A DNA stretch of 64,000 nt, taken from IMG/VR virus record IMGVR_UViG_3300028602_000008; one strand, written 5' to 3'. Shown here in pieces: positions 8,713-18,567 of this stretch. The DNA is from an uncultured virus (IMG/VR IMGVR_UViG_3300028602_000008). Lineage: Duplodnaviria; Heunggongvirae; Uroviricota; Caudoviricetes. The translations under genes and the position numbers were made by a program. Positions within the stretch are counted from its first letter, which is position 1, and the number at the start of each line of letters is the position of its first letter. The notes beneath the pieces are model-generated. The model saw only the letters and a list, made by a program, of their open reading frames with translations, was not told where the DNA came from and did not search any database.

Positions 8713-9075
8713 AGTTGTCACCATTAGCGAAATTACAGCTTGAGTGTTGTCTCCAGATCATCCTCCGTTTTTTCAAAGCTTTTTCCGTATTTTGTCCATC
8801 CTCGTTTTGCGGCAAAACGATCACAGGCTTCGGAGGCTATCTTACCATCATCAAACTCACCTACCCGAAAATGTCTGCCCTTATGAATAACAGTTGCAAT
8901 CATCCCAACTTCCCGGCCACGCGAATCATGGACTCAATCAATTCTACCCAGGTGATGGAAAACTTCTCAGACACTGAAGCATTTTCACCTTGAGCTTCAA
9001 TAACTAGCCCATTCGTATCCGCCATAACCTTCAAAGCAATCTCATCGTTACCATCATCGTATACTCGCTCTTCTT

Positions 9076-9417
9076 TCATACTTTTACAACCTCTCGCTTG
9101 ATATGCTTTTCATGCCAGTCTTTGAAGCTCATTATCGGACGGTTTACTCGCTTTTGGACCGACTGATAGGCTTTGAACGGCTTGGTAAACTCCTCAATCC
9201 ATTCCCGGCCAGGCATGCAACCATGGTTTTCAATGCACTCTGGGCCCACGCCGCGAGCATACGATAGCTCGTCAGTGAGTAGCTTACCACACCAATAGCA
9301 TGTGGTTATGCCATTCCCCTTATGCTTGGGGGGTACATAACCAGGAAGTCCGGGCATTACACGGCCGTCTTTGACCAAAACCCGGAGTATTTTAATTCCA
9401 GATAAATCTTCGCTCAT
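9076..9417 (-). CDS. Zinc-finger protein, DUF6011-like
   Basis: CYWCGKLLTDELSYARGVGPEC. Confidence 0.75.
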   Translation of the reverse strand: MSEDLSGIKILRVLVKDGRVMPGLPGYVPPKHKGNGITTCYWCGKLLTDELSYARGVGPECIENHGCMPGREWIEEFTKPFKAYQSVQKRVNRPIMSFKDWHEKHIKREVVKV

Positions 9418-9605
9418 ACTGTTTCGTACCTCTTTATGGGTTTGTATGGGTCATTAGTCCGAAATACGACGCATATCCCCCACAGCTTGAGCATTCGCTT
9501 CATTGCGGGGCGTTTGAAATGGTATTCAGAATCAAACTGGCTGTTGATGTCTCGGACTACGTAATTTAGCTTGTATTTGGGTCTCATAAAAACGCTCACC
9601 TCCAA
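9414..9605 (-). CDS. Hypothetical protein
   Basis: Overlaps next gene by 4 nt; start uncertain. Confidence 0.5.
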   Translation of the reverse strand: MEVSVFMRPKYKLNYVVRDINSQFDSEYHFKRPAMKRMLKLWGICVVFRTNDPYKPIKRYETV

Positions 9606-9714
9606 CTTTTAGAATGTCCAGCCCCAACAGAAAGGCGGGGGTCGATCTCCGCTAAGGAGGGTCGAAGGCGACCGGCCCCTGAGGAAACTGCGGGGGGTTC
9701 TGGTTCTAAAAAGT

Positions 9715-9954
9715 TTAAGGTTGAATCTCAGCAGCCAAAGCATCAAACCGCTTGACTAACCCCCTACCTTTAAGCGTCAACATATAAGTAGCCCTACCAT
9801 CCTTCTCCATAGAAACAAAGCCCTTCTTGACCATTGGTGGCATCATCTCCTTAAACTGAGTCTGGTTTATGTGGGCCATACGGCATACATCTGTCATATG
9901 ACTGCCATCAGCAGCCATCAACATGGCTCTGATCATTTCATACTCTGATCGCAT
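9715..9954 (-). CDS. Winged-helix DNA-binding protein (archaeal HTH_45-like)
   Basis: MRSEYEMIRAML...KKGFV...YMLTLKG pattern. Confidence 0.8.
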   Translation of the reverse strand: MRSEYEMIRAMLMAADGSHMTDVCRMAHINQTQFKEMMPPMVKKGFVSMEKDGRATYMLTLKGRGLVKRFDALAAEIQP

Positions 9955-10196
9955 ATTTCCTCCTGGCAAGCCCTTAACACATCATGAATTCTGACAGCAT
10001 CTGGACAATAATGGCATAACACCAGCCTGGCTGCCTCATCAGACATCGCATTTAGTACATCACATATACCATATTTAGTGACCAGTCGCTGCATTTCAGC
10101 TTGCAATTGCTCTTCTTTTAAGCGTTTTTCATAATTCTCAATCAATTCTTTAGGAAGACGAACCCGAAGATGAGCTTCCTGCATCAGTTTTTGCAT
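9933..10196 (-). CDS. Hypothetical protein, possible ribbon-helix-helix N-terminus
   Basis: LRVRLPKELIE; packed in operon. Confidence 0.55.
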   Translation of the reverse strand: MQKLMQEAHLRVRLPKELIENYEKRLKEEQLQAEMQRLVTKYGICDVLNAMSDEAARLVLCHYCPDAVRIHDVLRACQEEICDQSMK

Positions 10197-10344
10197 TCCA
10201 TTCCTCCGTTTCCGGCTTTTTCGGCTTGTATATCTGACAGCCCTCTGTGCAATTACCTCCAACCATTCCGCATATGTTGCCCGGTTTCACGGACTTACAC
10301 GGGAATCGATGAATCGGTAACGGTTCTGACCGATCTATTGCCAT
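10150..10344 (-). CDS. Small Cys-containing hypothetical protein
   Basis: GGAGGT RBS, four Cys. Confidence 0.55.
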   Translation of the reverse strand: MAIDRSEPLPIHRFPCKSVKPGNICGMVGGNCTEGCQIYKPKKPETEEWNAKTDAGSSSSGSSS

Positions 10345-10504
10345 GCTTTACCTCCACCTAAAAACCACAACCGAAAATCTACTTTCGTGGGTAGTGGGAT
10401 GGGTGCTGATGTTCTTTTCGGCCCAAGTGGACCACCACATTGAGGACAAGTTAGCGGGTAATCCCTAAAAACCCAATAGTGGTGGCACTTCCCAAGACAG
10501 AACA

Positions 10505-11239
10505 TTACTCCTCACGTTGCTTTTGAGCCATTGTCTGTTTCCTCAGCTCTTCGGCCAGAGCCAGCTTGCGAGCCCGGAAGTACTTGGTCAAGATGGCGCG
10601 GCCTTCGGTTTTCCTGAAGTCCACGTTATTCTTCATCATCTCCCAGATGAAAGGTAAGTTGCCGTACTTCTTTTCCAGTAGCGCATTGAAGAAAAGCGAT
10701 GGCACGTAGTACTTCTCTTCAAAGTGGGAGAAGTAGTGATCTATGCCCATTGGGTCCGGGCGGCCATCTGTTGCCCTCATGTGGCATGCCCAGCAATCGC
10801 CACCAGTTGGCTCTTCAAGACCATTTTCAACAATGTGATCCACAAAGCCATCAATGTAGGCCTTGACCAGCTTGTCAACCTGTTTTTTGTACAGCTCCAT
10901 GTCCTGGGGGATCTGAGGATTCAGGACTATGCCATCCTTGATGGTCATTCCGTCATAGAAGATCGATCCTCCGATGTACCACAGGCCTTTGTTGGCCGTG
11001 ATTTGCACGCCCTGATCCCTAAGAGCTATGTTCATCCGATCCTTGGTTGTAGGTGTCCTCCATGTACCGGAATTCAGGGTTATGGTGCCATCGGGGGCAA
11101 AGGTTACAATGTTTGTCTCGTGCAGGCATACTGCAACGTTATCCCCATCAGGTACTACCCAGGTGTTGTTATTGATTTTCTTGCCGTGTGCATGGACCCT
11201 TGCTGTTTTTAACAGCTCTGTTGCCTCAATATAGTTCAT
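10505..11239 (-). CDS. Conserved virus-type hypothetical protein
   Basis: 244 aa, LHETNIV...TLNSGTWRTPTTKDRMN motif, CWAC. Confidence 0.75.
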   Translation of the reverse strand: MNYIEATELLKTARVHAHGKKINNNTWVVPDGDNVAVCLHETNIVTFAPDGTITLNSGTWRTPTTKDRMNIALRDQGVQITANKGLWYIGGSIFYDGMTIKDGIVLNPQIPQDMELYKKQVDKLVKAYIDGFVDHIVENGLEEPTGGDCWACHMRATDGRPDPMGIDHYFSHFEEKYYVPSLFFNALLEKKYGNLPFIWEMMKNNVDFRKTEGRAILTKYFRARKLALAEELRKQTMAQKQREE

Positions 11240-11297
11240 ATAGTTCAGCTCCTTATTAACTGCTTATTATAAAAAAGGTGAGAAACGAATATTATTT

Positions 11298-11525
11298 TTA
11301 CCAGCCGCCCCAGAATCGATAGTAGACGGGGTAATAGAACTGCTCCCAGAACCAGTTACCCCATCCCCCATAGTATTCGTAATTTGCAGCCGGATTATAC
11401 GGATTATACTGCTGCACCTGACCGCTCCCATATCCTCTAACCGATCCCGAAGATTCGAACTGCGGGATGGCTGCACCCAGGCCTATAGCTAAGATTATGA
11501 CAATCGCCAATAGTTTTATCCTCAT
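11298..11525 (-). CDS. Small secreted/membrane Tyr/Trp-rich protein
   Basis: Signal peptide MRIKLLAIVIILAIGLGAA. Confidence 0.65.
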   Translation of the reverse strand: MRIKLLAIVIILAIGLGAAIPQFESSGSVRGYGSGQVQQYNPYNPAANYEYYGGWGNWFWEQFYYPVYYRFWGGW

Positions 11526-11671
11526 AACGAATTCCTCAGTGCCCCTAAAACCAGCACCGTTATCGACAACAAAGACAGAAAGCCTAACCAGGAGACAGCT
11601 ACAATTGCGCCTAGTCTAAGAAATTCTCTCGAAGTTGAACTCCATTTCTCTATTCCTAAATTAAACATTTT

Positions 11672-12352
11672 TTAACCACCTCTTATCTGATTACAGCATT
11701 CCAAGACATTATCCAAAGGTCTTTCATATTTAGACCAATTAGCTAATGATTTGGGTGAATCGGTTATACTAAGGCTGGTATTAGTATTTATCTTCTCTCC
11801 CGGTATCAACCAAAGATGTTCTGGTATCAACGTTTTTCGATCTTTCCACGCGATGCAAAGGAAAAAATGGGCTTTCTTATTACAGCCGATATGGAAATGC
11901 CAAACATCATTTCCTGCTTTGGGGTGATATCTACAACTCGATTTCACGTCTATCTTGAAGCCCTTGGGACATTCATAATCGTAGTCGGGATTGTTATTAG
12001 GCATCCTCACAAATCCCGGAAATTCTTGCGATAAGACGGTTTCCGCTATGACGCAACCAAGATAAAGTGAGCATGATTTGTTTTCTGACGCGGGTTTAAT
12101 ACCTAGAGTTTTATAACGGTATTCTCGATTATATTGGTTTACCGTTTTTCGATGTCTTTTTTTCCAACTTCGTTTTGTTGCTGCGACCTGATCTAGGTGA
12201 GTGTTCTTCCAATTCAAAGTTTCTAGGCACGCACATTTTTTGCAATGATTACGTGGCTTTCCGATTTCTCGACCCGATTTATGAAAATTGAACTCACTTA
12301 AAGGTTTATCAGTATCGCATCCTCCGCAATGCTTCATCTCCAATGTCATCAC
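11672..12352 (-). CDS. Zn-ribbon + PD-(D/E)XK-like endonuclease, paralogue 1
   Basis: CGGC...KPLSEF...CKKC; AE...PDYDYECPKGFKIDVKSS. Confidence 0.7.
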   Translation of the reverse strand: MMTLEMKHCGGCDTDKPLSEFNFHKSGREIGKPRNHCKKCACLETLNWKNTHLDQVAATKRSWKKRHRKTVNQYNREYRYKTLGIKPASENKSCSLYLGCVIAETVLSQEFPGFVRMPNNNPDYDYECPKGFKIDVKSSCRYHPKAGNDVWHFHIGCNKKAHFFLCIAWKDRKTLIPEHLWLIPGEKINTNTSLSITDSPKSLANWSKYERPLDNVLECCNQIRGG

Positions 12353-12392
12353 CTAGTAATGGTTCGATACCTATTTAAAAGTTGTGATTAGT

Positions 12393-13106
12393 TCAACTAA
12401 TCACCTCTTCAATCTCCTTAGTCAGGATTTCTTTCAGGTGTTTATTGCACAGCTCATTGCGGTTTTCATCTAACCAGGACTCAAGATCCTCGACCTGTAG
12501 GTATTCCCGGTCCTCGACAGTCATCTTGAAGTGGCCCAATGAGGCCTTCACAGCCTGCTTGATAAGCTCGTCAAGGTCAATTTCATTGATGGTTGCTATC
12601 AAATCCTCGAACTCAGATGCTACCGCATTACCGAAGGTGTAGGCGGCCTTAATCCGCAGGATGTCATCCCAGTCCTTACCTTCCCAGAGCCCGGAATCAT
12701 CTTCCTCAAATGAACTCAGCTCCTGAAGAATCTCCATTGCTTCGTCAGTATCGTACTCAGTATCCGTGATGGTCTCATGGAATATGCCGTCTCCGTTGGC
12801 ATAATCGTTATTCATATCATTAGGAACTTCTCCATCATTTATGAAGTAATCCACTATCTCTGGAATGAAGTTATCCCGGATCAAGTCCCTGGCTGCCCGG
12901 TCCACTTGCTGAGCCCAGGTTGGAGGCTCCGGCTTGAGTACATCTGCCCTGAAATAGGTGCTCACGTACTCTCTCAGGTGGCCTTGATCCTTCAAGTCCA
13001 AAAGATTGGCTGTTAATTGCGCCTTTGCAGCTCCCCTGGCCAGTGTCTCATCATCCTCTTTCACGGAAATGATTGTAGATAACTTAATCTCCTTCATTTT
13101 TCTCAC
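12393..13106 (-). CDS. Very acidic protein, Ocr (T7 gp0.3)-like candidate DNA mimic
   Basis: D/E-rich; EEDDSGLWEGKDWDDIL...FEDLI resembles the Ocr core as recalled (FEDSGL...KD..RIL...AEDLL). Confidence 0.5.
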   Translation of the reverse strand: MRKMKEIKLSTIISVKEDDETLARGAAKAQLTANLLDLKDQGHLREYVSTYFRADVLKPEPPTWAQQVDRAARDLIRDNFIPEIVDYFINDGEVPNDMNNDYANGDGIFHETITDTEYDTDEAMEILQELSSFEEDDSGLWEGKDWDDILRIKAAYTFGNAVASEFEDLIATINEIDLDELIKQAVKASLGHFKMTVEDREYLQVEDLESWLDENRNELCNKHLKEILTKEIEEVIS

Positions 13107-13426
13107 CCCAACGTCTGGTTTATCTTGAACAATCGATTCACTCTATCTGCTACCTCTTTGCTGCAATATCCAACCTCGTAACTGAGGTGGATTCTTGCGA
13201 TTTCGGGAGCCGTTAAGCCCCTCGGATGAGGTCTTTCCTTTAACTGCTTTTGCAGGTAAGCGATATAATCAGTCAGATAAGCATCAGCCTCAGCATGCGT
13301 TTCTACCAACATCGCCGGCCCTAACGCCTCATCAAAGGTCAAAACCTTTTTTTTATCCGGGTTGAATTTGATCATTCTTATCATCCTCTTTTTTCTTGCG
13401 GTATTCAGCTTGTCCCTCGGGACCAC
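13103..13426 (-). CDS. Hypothetical protein
   Basis: Packed minus-strand ORF; true start probably near 13375. Confidence 0.6.
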   Translation of the reverse strand: MVPRDKLNTARKKRMIRMIKFNPDKKKVLTFDEALGPAMLVETHAEADAYLTDYIAYLQKQLKERPHPRGLTAPEIARIHLSYEVGYCSKEVADRVNRLFKINQTLG

Positions 13427-13697
13427 ATATAATCCCTACCATGAACTCAGTTGAAAGTCTCTCAGGATCATCGGCTAAATTAGCGTGGTGCTGCTTAAGC
13501 CGGTCACAGATCCCTATTTTACAATCTTTGGTAAAGAACACCGGCAAAGCTTTCTCACCCTTGGCTCTGGCTGCCTTTCTCTGCCAACTGAGATACATTT
13601 TAAAACAGTTGTGGCAATAACCTTCATTTTGAGAAGCGATATTTACATACACTTCCTGTTGACAGTTTTTACATGGAACCATACGACGCTTCGCCAT
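13353..13697 (-). CDS. Zn-finger hypothetical protein
   Basis: CKNC...CHNC; GGAGG RBS. Confidence 0.65.
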   Translation of the reverse strand: MAKRRMVPCKNCQQEVYVNIASQNEGYCHNCFKMYLSWQRKAARAKGEKALPVFFTKDCKIGICDRLKQHHANLADDPERLSTEFMVGIICGPEGQAEYRKKKEDDKNDQIQPG

Positions 13698-13711
13698 ATT
13701 GTCCTCCCAGT

Positions 13712-14089
13712 TTATTCGCCACCCCGCACAACTTCGCCCATTGGGCGCAAAGCGTAGTCAGCTTCAGTTTCCCCACATTGGGCCATGACCTGTCTAGCCT
13801 TTGCGTGAAGGGCCATCAGAGCTGTTTCTAGCCCCAAACAACCCGAAATGATGTAACTACGGGAGGCCTTCGAATTGGGCCTCTCAAGGCTCCCCAGGAT
13901 CTCTTCAGCGCTTCTCTTTGCAGCTTCGGCCTTTTCGGCCAAATAGGTCTTGTCGTATCTAAAGTCATCAGCCATCTTCTCCACCTCAATTCGCACCCAG
14001 GCTCGATGCTTGAGCCAGGTCGTAAGATCTTTAACGCTTTGCGTCTCCTGGTAGCGTTCCCAGTAATCAATCGTTTCCATAAGGACCAA
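13712..14089 (-). CDS. Hypothetical protein
   Basis: Packed minus-strand ORF. Confidence 0.6.
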   Translation of the reverse strand: MVLMETIDYWERYQETQSVKDLTTWLKHRAWVRIEVEKMADDFRYDKTYLAEKAEAAKRSAEEILGSLERPNSKASRSYIISGCLGLETALMALHAKARQVMAQCGETEADYALRPMGEVVRGGE

Positions 14090-14270
14090 TCAAGTACAGT
14101 TCTTTTCCCAGCCACGGAACTGAACCGAAAAACCCATAAGCGTTCCCGTCAAAGACGAATATGCCCCCGTAGGCCTCATCACAGTTCAAATCCTGCAGGA
14201 TTTGGGCAACTTCCTGATCCTGAGTAACCAGCACTACATTGCACTTTTTATCGATGTCTCTTATGAACAT
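14067..14270 (-). CDS. Hypothetical protein
   Basis: GGAGG RBS. Confidence 0.6.
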   Translation of the reverse strand: MFIRDIDKKCNVVLVTQDQEVAQILQDLNCDEAYGGIFVFDGNAYGFFGSVPWLGKELYLIGPYGND

Positions 14271-14406
14271 TTAAGCCTCCTTAGAATCCCAAACCAGTAT
14301 TCCAGCAGCAGCCCCACCATTATGCCTTTAACCCACATGATCACAGCAACATAGGTCAACTTTTGCTCAAGTGTCAGTGCATCAAGGTATGTGGTTAAAA
14401 AGGTTA

Positions 14407-14694
14407 TCAAAACACCTGTACCGCAATCTTCCTCAGCTTATTCAAAAACATGTTCTTTTCGACCCAGACGCCGGTATCATCCATTGTTATGGAAATGTCT
14501 CCCACAATTGGAAAATTGTGGATATCGTGATCTCCATTAAGATCCGTTGCAGATTGCCATTCTGAGATCCAAGTTCGAACCTTATCGACAGTGGTAAGCT
14601 CCCGTAACATATCAGCCATCTCCTCTAACTCCGTGAAGTGATGGTTGAAGTTCTGCTCATCAAGAATAGCCGCAATCTTAGTAGGCATTATCAC
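14407..14694 (-). CDS. Hypothetical protein
   Basis: 4-nt overlap with upstream ORF. Confidence 0.6.
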   Translation of the reverse strand: MIMPTKIAAILDEQNFNHHFTELEEMADMLRELTTVDKVRTWISEWQSATDLNGDHDIHNFPIVGDISITMDDTGVWVEKNMFLNKLRKIAVQVF

Positions 14695-14969
14695 TCCCCC
14701 AGGTCTAAGCTGTAGGTGTAGACTGGGCGATCTTTGGTCAGATCAACGTAAGTCGGTTTGATGTTATCGTTTTCCATGATCTCATTTAAGATTTCATGGT
14801 CCTCCTCATTCTTCAAGGAGACCTCCAACCAGGCCATACTTTTTCCGTCCAACCTGATCTTGCAATCCCTATCAGGATCAGCTATTATGCCGGAATCTTG
14901 CATATCTTCCATGAGTTTGCAGCACCATCTGACCAATGATAGCTCATCCTCATTTAACGTTAACTTCAT
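14691..14969 (-). CDS. Acidic hypothetical protein
   Basis: Packed operon. Confidence 0.6.
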   Translation of the reverse strand: MKLTLNEDELSLVRWCCKLMEDMQDSGIIADPDRDCKIRLDGKSMAWLEVSLKNEEDHEILNEIMENDNIKPTYVDLTKDRPVYTYSLDLGE

Positions 14970-15291
14970 TTTGCATCCTCCTGTTTTCGTTTTCCAATGT
15001 GTCGTAGATCCACTGTAGCTCTTTTGTGGTTACATAGGAGAAACAATTTCCCCATGGCTCCCATTTATGATGCAACGTCCTCTTTATTATTTGGGGTGTC
15101 GTATTTTTTATAGCCTCATAAATGGCTATTTCCATTTCGTCATACTGGTATGGATGAAGGTCTTGATTTGGACTGCAATGATGGAAGTGTGATGCCTGAA
15201 TCGAGATTCTGAACTGGCCTATTTCGATTGGCTCAAAAAGGGTAGGATTTAGGGGAAAACCCCTATGCAACATACTTACAATGTCTCTCAT
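14950..15291 (-). CDS. Hypothetical virus-type protein
   Basis: ISIQAS..H.CSP motif; packed operon. Confidence 0.65.
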   Translation of the reverse strand: MRDIVSMLHRGFPLNPTLFEPIEIGQFRISIQASHFHHCSPNQDLHPYQYDEMEIAIYEAIKNTTPQIIKRTLHHKWEPWGNCFSYVTTKELQWIYDTLENENRRMQNEVNVK

Positions 15292-15479
15292 TCATATTTC
15301 TCCTCTTCAGCTATCAGAGCTTCAACTTTGTTCCTGAAAATTCCGGTTGCCTCGGTGAACCACTGCTGCCCCCATTTTGCATTTGGGTGCCGAATTTGAT
15401 TCTCCGCTATCATTCCCAGGGCTTCAATGATGGCTGCAATGCCCTCTATCAGAATTTTGTCCGTAAATGTTAACTTCAT
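15288..15479 (-). CDS. Hypothetical protein
   Basis: ATGA-type overlaps on both sides. Confidence 0.6.
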   Translation of the reverse strand: MKLTFTDKILIEGIAAIIEALGMIAENQIRHPNAKWGQQWFTEATGIFRNKVEALIAEEEKYE

Positions 15480-15667
15480 GCTGGTGGCTCCTTATCCGGT
15501 ATGCAATCCTCTGCAATGTACATATTAACTTGCGGAAGATTTGCAAGGAAAGTTAGAATGTAGTCTCTATCGTTCTGCTGTACGTGGTTTTCCAAAAGGT
15601 TTTGGAACTTTCTCCCCTCAGTTTCAGTTACCCAGGGGAGATCGAACCAAACCCGTGCCCTCATCAT
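15476..15667 (-). CDS. Hypothetical protein
   Basis: Overlapping stop/start. Confidence 0.55.
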   Translation of the reverse strand: MMRARVWFDLPWVTETEGRKFQNLLENHVQQNDRDYILTFLANLPQVNMYIAEDCIPDKEPPA

Positions 15668-16092
15668 CAGAGCCAGCTCTGTTTAAGGGCATATCCTCCA
15701 TCAATGTGATGGCTGTTATTCTCACCGTTTGAATGATCATTGGACGGGCAGCCATCCCCGGTGCAAGCGAATCCATCCGGCCAGAGAACATGGGATAGGT
15801 GATAGACGACCGAAAATCCCATATCCATTCCGCAACCGCCAACTTTCAGCCCCTCATTGCGTGGGTCTGTGCGATATTCGCATGCAGTAGCCACGAGATG
15901 GGTGATATCGTAGAATCCGGGTTTACCTTCTTTGCTGAGGGTGGGTATGATGACGCTAATCCGTCTATTCATACCGGATTGTGAGACGTGGCGAAGAATC
16001 GTATAGACCTTATCGCCAGGCTTTAGGTATTCATGCAGGTATTCCAGTGCTTTGGCCTTATCAGCCCTTATCTGCTCTGCCTTTTTCTTCAT
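15667..16092 (-). CDS. Conserved virus-type hypothetical protein
   Basis: VYTILRHVSQSGMNRRIS, GCGMDMGF motifs. Confidence 0.75.
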   Translation of the reverse strand: MKKKAEQIRADKAKALEYLHEYLKPGDKVYTILRHVSQSGMNRRISVIIPTLSKEGKPGFYDITHLVATACEYRTDPRNEGLKVGGCGMDMGFSVVYHLSHVLWPDGFACTGDGCPSNDHSNGENNSHHIDGGYALKQSWL

Positions 16093-16377
16093 TCACAACA
16101 CCAACCTATAACGTAATCCGCCTACTTTTATTTCCTTTTCCGGGGCGACTGTCGGAACTGCTATGTGATTTCTCTCATCCTTATCGTGATCATGGACGCA
16201 GTAATAAGCTTCCGGAATAGCTCCAGAGATAAACCATTCACCCAGTTTAGCTGGTCGAATCTCGCCAGTGGCCTCAAAAAACTGCGGCCCATTCAGGGGA
16301 TCTGGGGCCAGGCTGCCATATTGCGCAAGTTTAAAAAGATTGGGACCAATGCCGCCTTTGATTTGTTTCATCATCAT
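16093..16377 (-). CDS. Hypothetical protein
   Basis: Packed operon. Confidence 0.6.
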   Translation of the reverse strand: MMMKQIKGGIGPNLFKLAQYGSLAPDPLNGPQFFEATGEIRPAKLGEWFISGAIPEAYYCVHDHDKDERNHIAVPTVAPEKEIKVGGLRYRLVL

Positions 16378-16556
16378 TCCTCCGTCAGTTCAAGCTGGGT
16401 GCTGTTCACTGCATCCCGGATGTAGCCCTTTTGCCACTCTTCAAAGTCGGCCCATTCGCTATGTGCTAAAGTGGTTCGCATGCAAGCTTTAGAGAGAAAC
16501 CATTCTCTCATCTCAATGGACATTTCAGACCAATTCATTGATAGCTTCATAATACC

Positions 16557-16859
16557 TCACTTGAAGTTGATTTCCACATCTTCCGGATGGGCTATAATGG
16601 CCTCAATTAGATCCATTAGTGACATCTCCGAGCCATGTTTTAGGGTTACCTTCGTTGCCGTTAACATAATAACAAACTCTTCACCCAAATGAATCGGTTT
16701 GTTTTGATACCAGGCGAACCAGAATTCTGGTCTTGGAACTTGACTATCCATCATCACTTCAATAAATGATCTGGGAAGTTCGGTATCAACGGCCTTTAAA
16801 TTAAGCTCTAGCAACTCCATTAGACGCCCTTTCTCCATCTTACCCACCTCGAATTTCAT
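16557..16859 (-). CDS. Hypothetical protein
   Basis: Packed operon. Confidence 0.55.
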   Translation of the reverse strand: MKFEVGKMEKGRLMELLELNLKAVDTELPRSFIEVMMDSQVPRPEFWFAWYQNKPIHLGEEFVIMLTATKVTLKHGSEMSLMDLIEAIIAHPEDVEINFK

Positions 16860-16964
16860 GGTTCAGCATTTTCGCGGATTTTTCAAACCAGCTTGGCTTA
16901 TCGAAGCGACAATCACTTTGCCAGTCTTTTCTGCTCACTTTACCTTTAGCACCTCGCTTTTTCC

Positions 16965-17531
16965 TCATGAGTAATCCTCCACCTGTCGGATTGTACGGAA
17001 TGCCTGTTCGGTCTCTATTAGAGAGAATCCGATGTCGATTAGTTCAAATTGAACATTGGCTATCAGGTCTTTTTCAACCTCTTTGATGCCTTCGGGGCTA
17101 TCGCTTTCTACTCCGTAGAGCGAATCGTAGACTTGCACGGTGAACGTATGCTCGCCCAGGGTTATTCGGATGGATGCAAGACAGGTTACGCCTATGTAAT
17201 TCCAAGTGCGGCCAAGGTTTTCAAGCCTCTTCATGTCCTCTTTGGCCCACTGAAACATGGCAGACTTGAGGCTACCGTATTTCTTGATTGTGGCGGCTTT
17301 GTCCTCTTCAGGGGTATGCTCCCAGCTCTTTTTCCAGTTACTCCAAATATTATTGCAAGAGACGAAATACCTCACCGGATACTCATTTCTTGCCCGTTGT
17401 GAGCGAACTATGGCTCCCGTTTCCCAGGTGTCTGTGAATTTACCCAGGTAATCAGAATGTCCTGAGTCATCGTAATCTATGGAGTGCTTCATTTCCACTC
17501 CGATGATATCGAATTCAGCTTCTTTCTTCAT
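16965..17531 (-). CDS. Hypothetical protein
   Basis: 188 aa, acidic; GAGGTG RBS. Confidence 0.7.
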   Translation of the reverse strand: MKKEAEFDIIGVEMKHSIDYDDSGHSDYLGKFTDTWETGAIVRSQRARNEYPVRYFVSCNNIWSNWKKSWEHTPEEDKAATIKKYGSLKSAMFQWAKEDMKRLENLGRTWNYIGVTCLASIRITLGEHTFTVQVYDSLYGVESDSPEGIKEVEKDLIANVQFELIDIGFSLIETEQAFRTIRQVEDYS

Positions 17532-18027
17532 CAGAAATCACCTCATAATACTTGTAGGGTGCTTTTCCACCTTCAAACCAGGAGGAGTCAAGGCAGTATG
17601 TTTTGAATGGGTGATGGCGGCCATTTTTGTTTTTATCTGCATCCATCAGATAACCTGCACCAGGAGCGCAGGGTGAGCACACAGGAGCCCAGCAGTAGTA
17701 AAGAGACTTGATGACGAAAATGTCCGAATCATCGCCGCCGCCCTGCATGATAAGGACATCATCACGGTTAAGCTCCAATGGGGCTCCTTCAGATTCATAG
17801 GACTCATTAAAGTTGTTTTCGGCAAGTTCCTTCATTTCGGCGCGGGTTACCTCATCAACGTAATCAGATAAACCGTCTATTGCTTCGGCTATCTCTTCAA
17901 TGACACCGGCAAAACGGGTATCAGTGGACTCATCATAGAAAGTTTGTGCATGATCCCTTAGCTCTCTGGCGGGAATGCATCCGAAATGGATTAGGGTTTC
18001 TGGGTCTTGATTTGGTAAGTTATTCAT
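17515..18027 (-). CDS. Acidic hypothetical protein
   Basis: 170 aa with CSPCAPGAG motif. Confidence 0.7.
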   Translation of the reverse strand: MNNLPNQDPETLIHFGCIPARELRDHAQTFYDESTDTRFAGVIEEIAEAIDGLSDYVDEVTRAEMKELAENNFNESYESEGAPLELNRDDVLIMQGGGDDSDIFVIKSLYYCWAPVCSPCAPGAGYLMDADKNKNGRHHPFKTYCLDSSWFEGGKAPYKYYEVISDEERS

Positions 18028-18229
18028 CGAGAATCACCCTCAGGGTATCGTTATCAAGCTCAAATATTTCAAGTGCTTTCTCATCATCTATGTAACCAAA
18101 GGTTTGGTTACCCAAGTAACCAGATTCATCTAATGTGTTTTTGATGAATTGGACAAACTCTTTTCTATCCACAAACTTAATTCGATTACCACTGTTTTGA
18201 ATATTGTCTTTAATGATGAAGATCCTCAT
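18020..18229 (-). CDS. Hypothetical protein
   Basis: Overlapping stop/start. Confidence 0.55.
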   Translation of the reverse strand: MRIFIIKDNIQNSGNRIKFVDRKEFVQFIKNTLDESGYLGNQTFGYIDDEKALEIFELDNDTLRVILDE

Positions 18230-18567
18230 ACTTTCATCCTCTCCGCTATCTTTTTTTCAGCTTTTATTACATCTTTAAAAAGTCCATTTAGTTGAACTTT
18301 CATAAACACACGGCAGGCAACCATCTCCCGGATGTCTAGGGGATAAGCTTGAAAGTCGTTAAGCTTCCATAACAGATAGCCTAAGGTCTTTTCAAGGGAG
18401 TAATGGAATCCGCACCCACTGTAAACACTTATTCGAAGTTTGAAGATCCTTGCAGCCAAGGCTGGGAGCTGGTCAACGGCTCTATCTCGCCAGGCATTGA
18501 ACTCCTTTGATTCTTTCAGGTAACGCTCATATTCGATCATTTGCAGATCGGAAACACCATCAGGCAT
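18226..18567 (-). CDS. Hypothetical protein
   Basis: Overlapping stop/start. Confidence 0.6.
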   Translation of the reverse strand: MPDGVSDLQMIEYERYLKESKEFNAWRDRAVDQLPALAARIFKLRISVYSGCGFHYSLEKTLGYLLWKLNDFQAYPLDIREMVACRVFMKVQLNGLFKDVIKAEKKIAERMKV

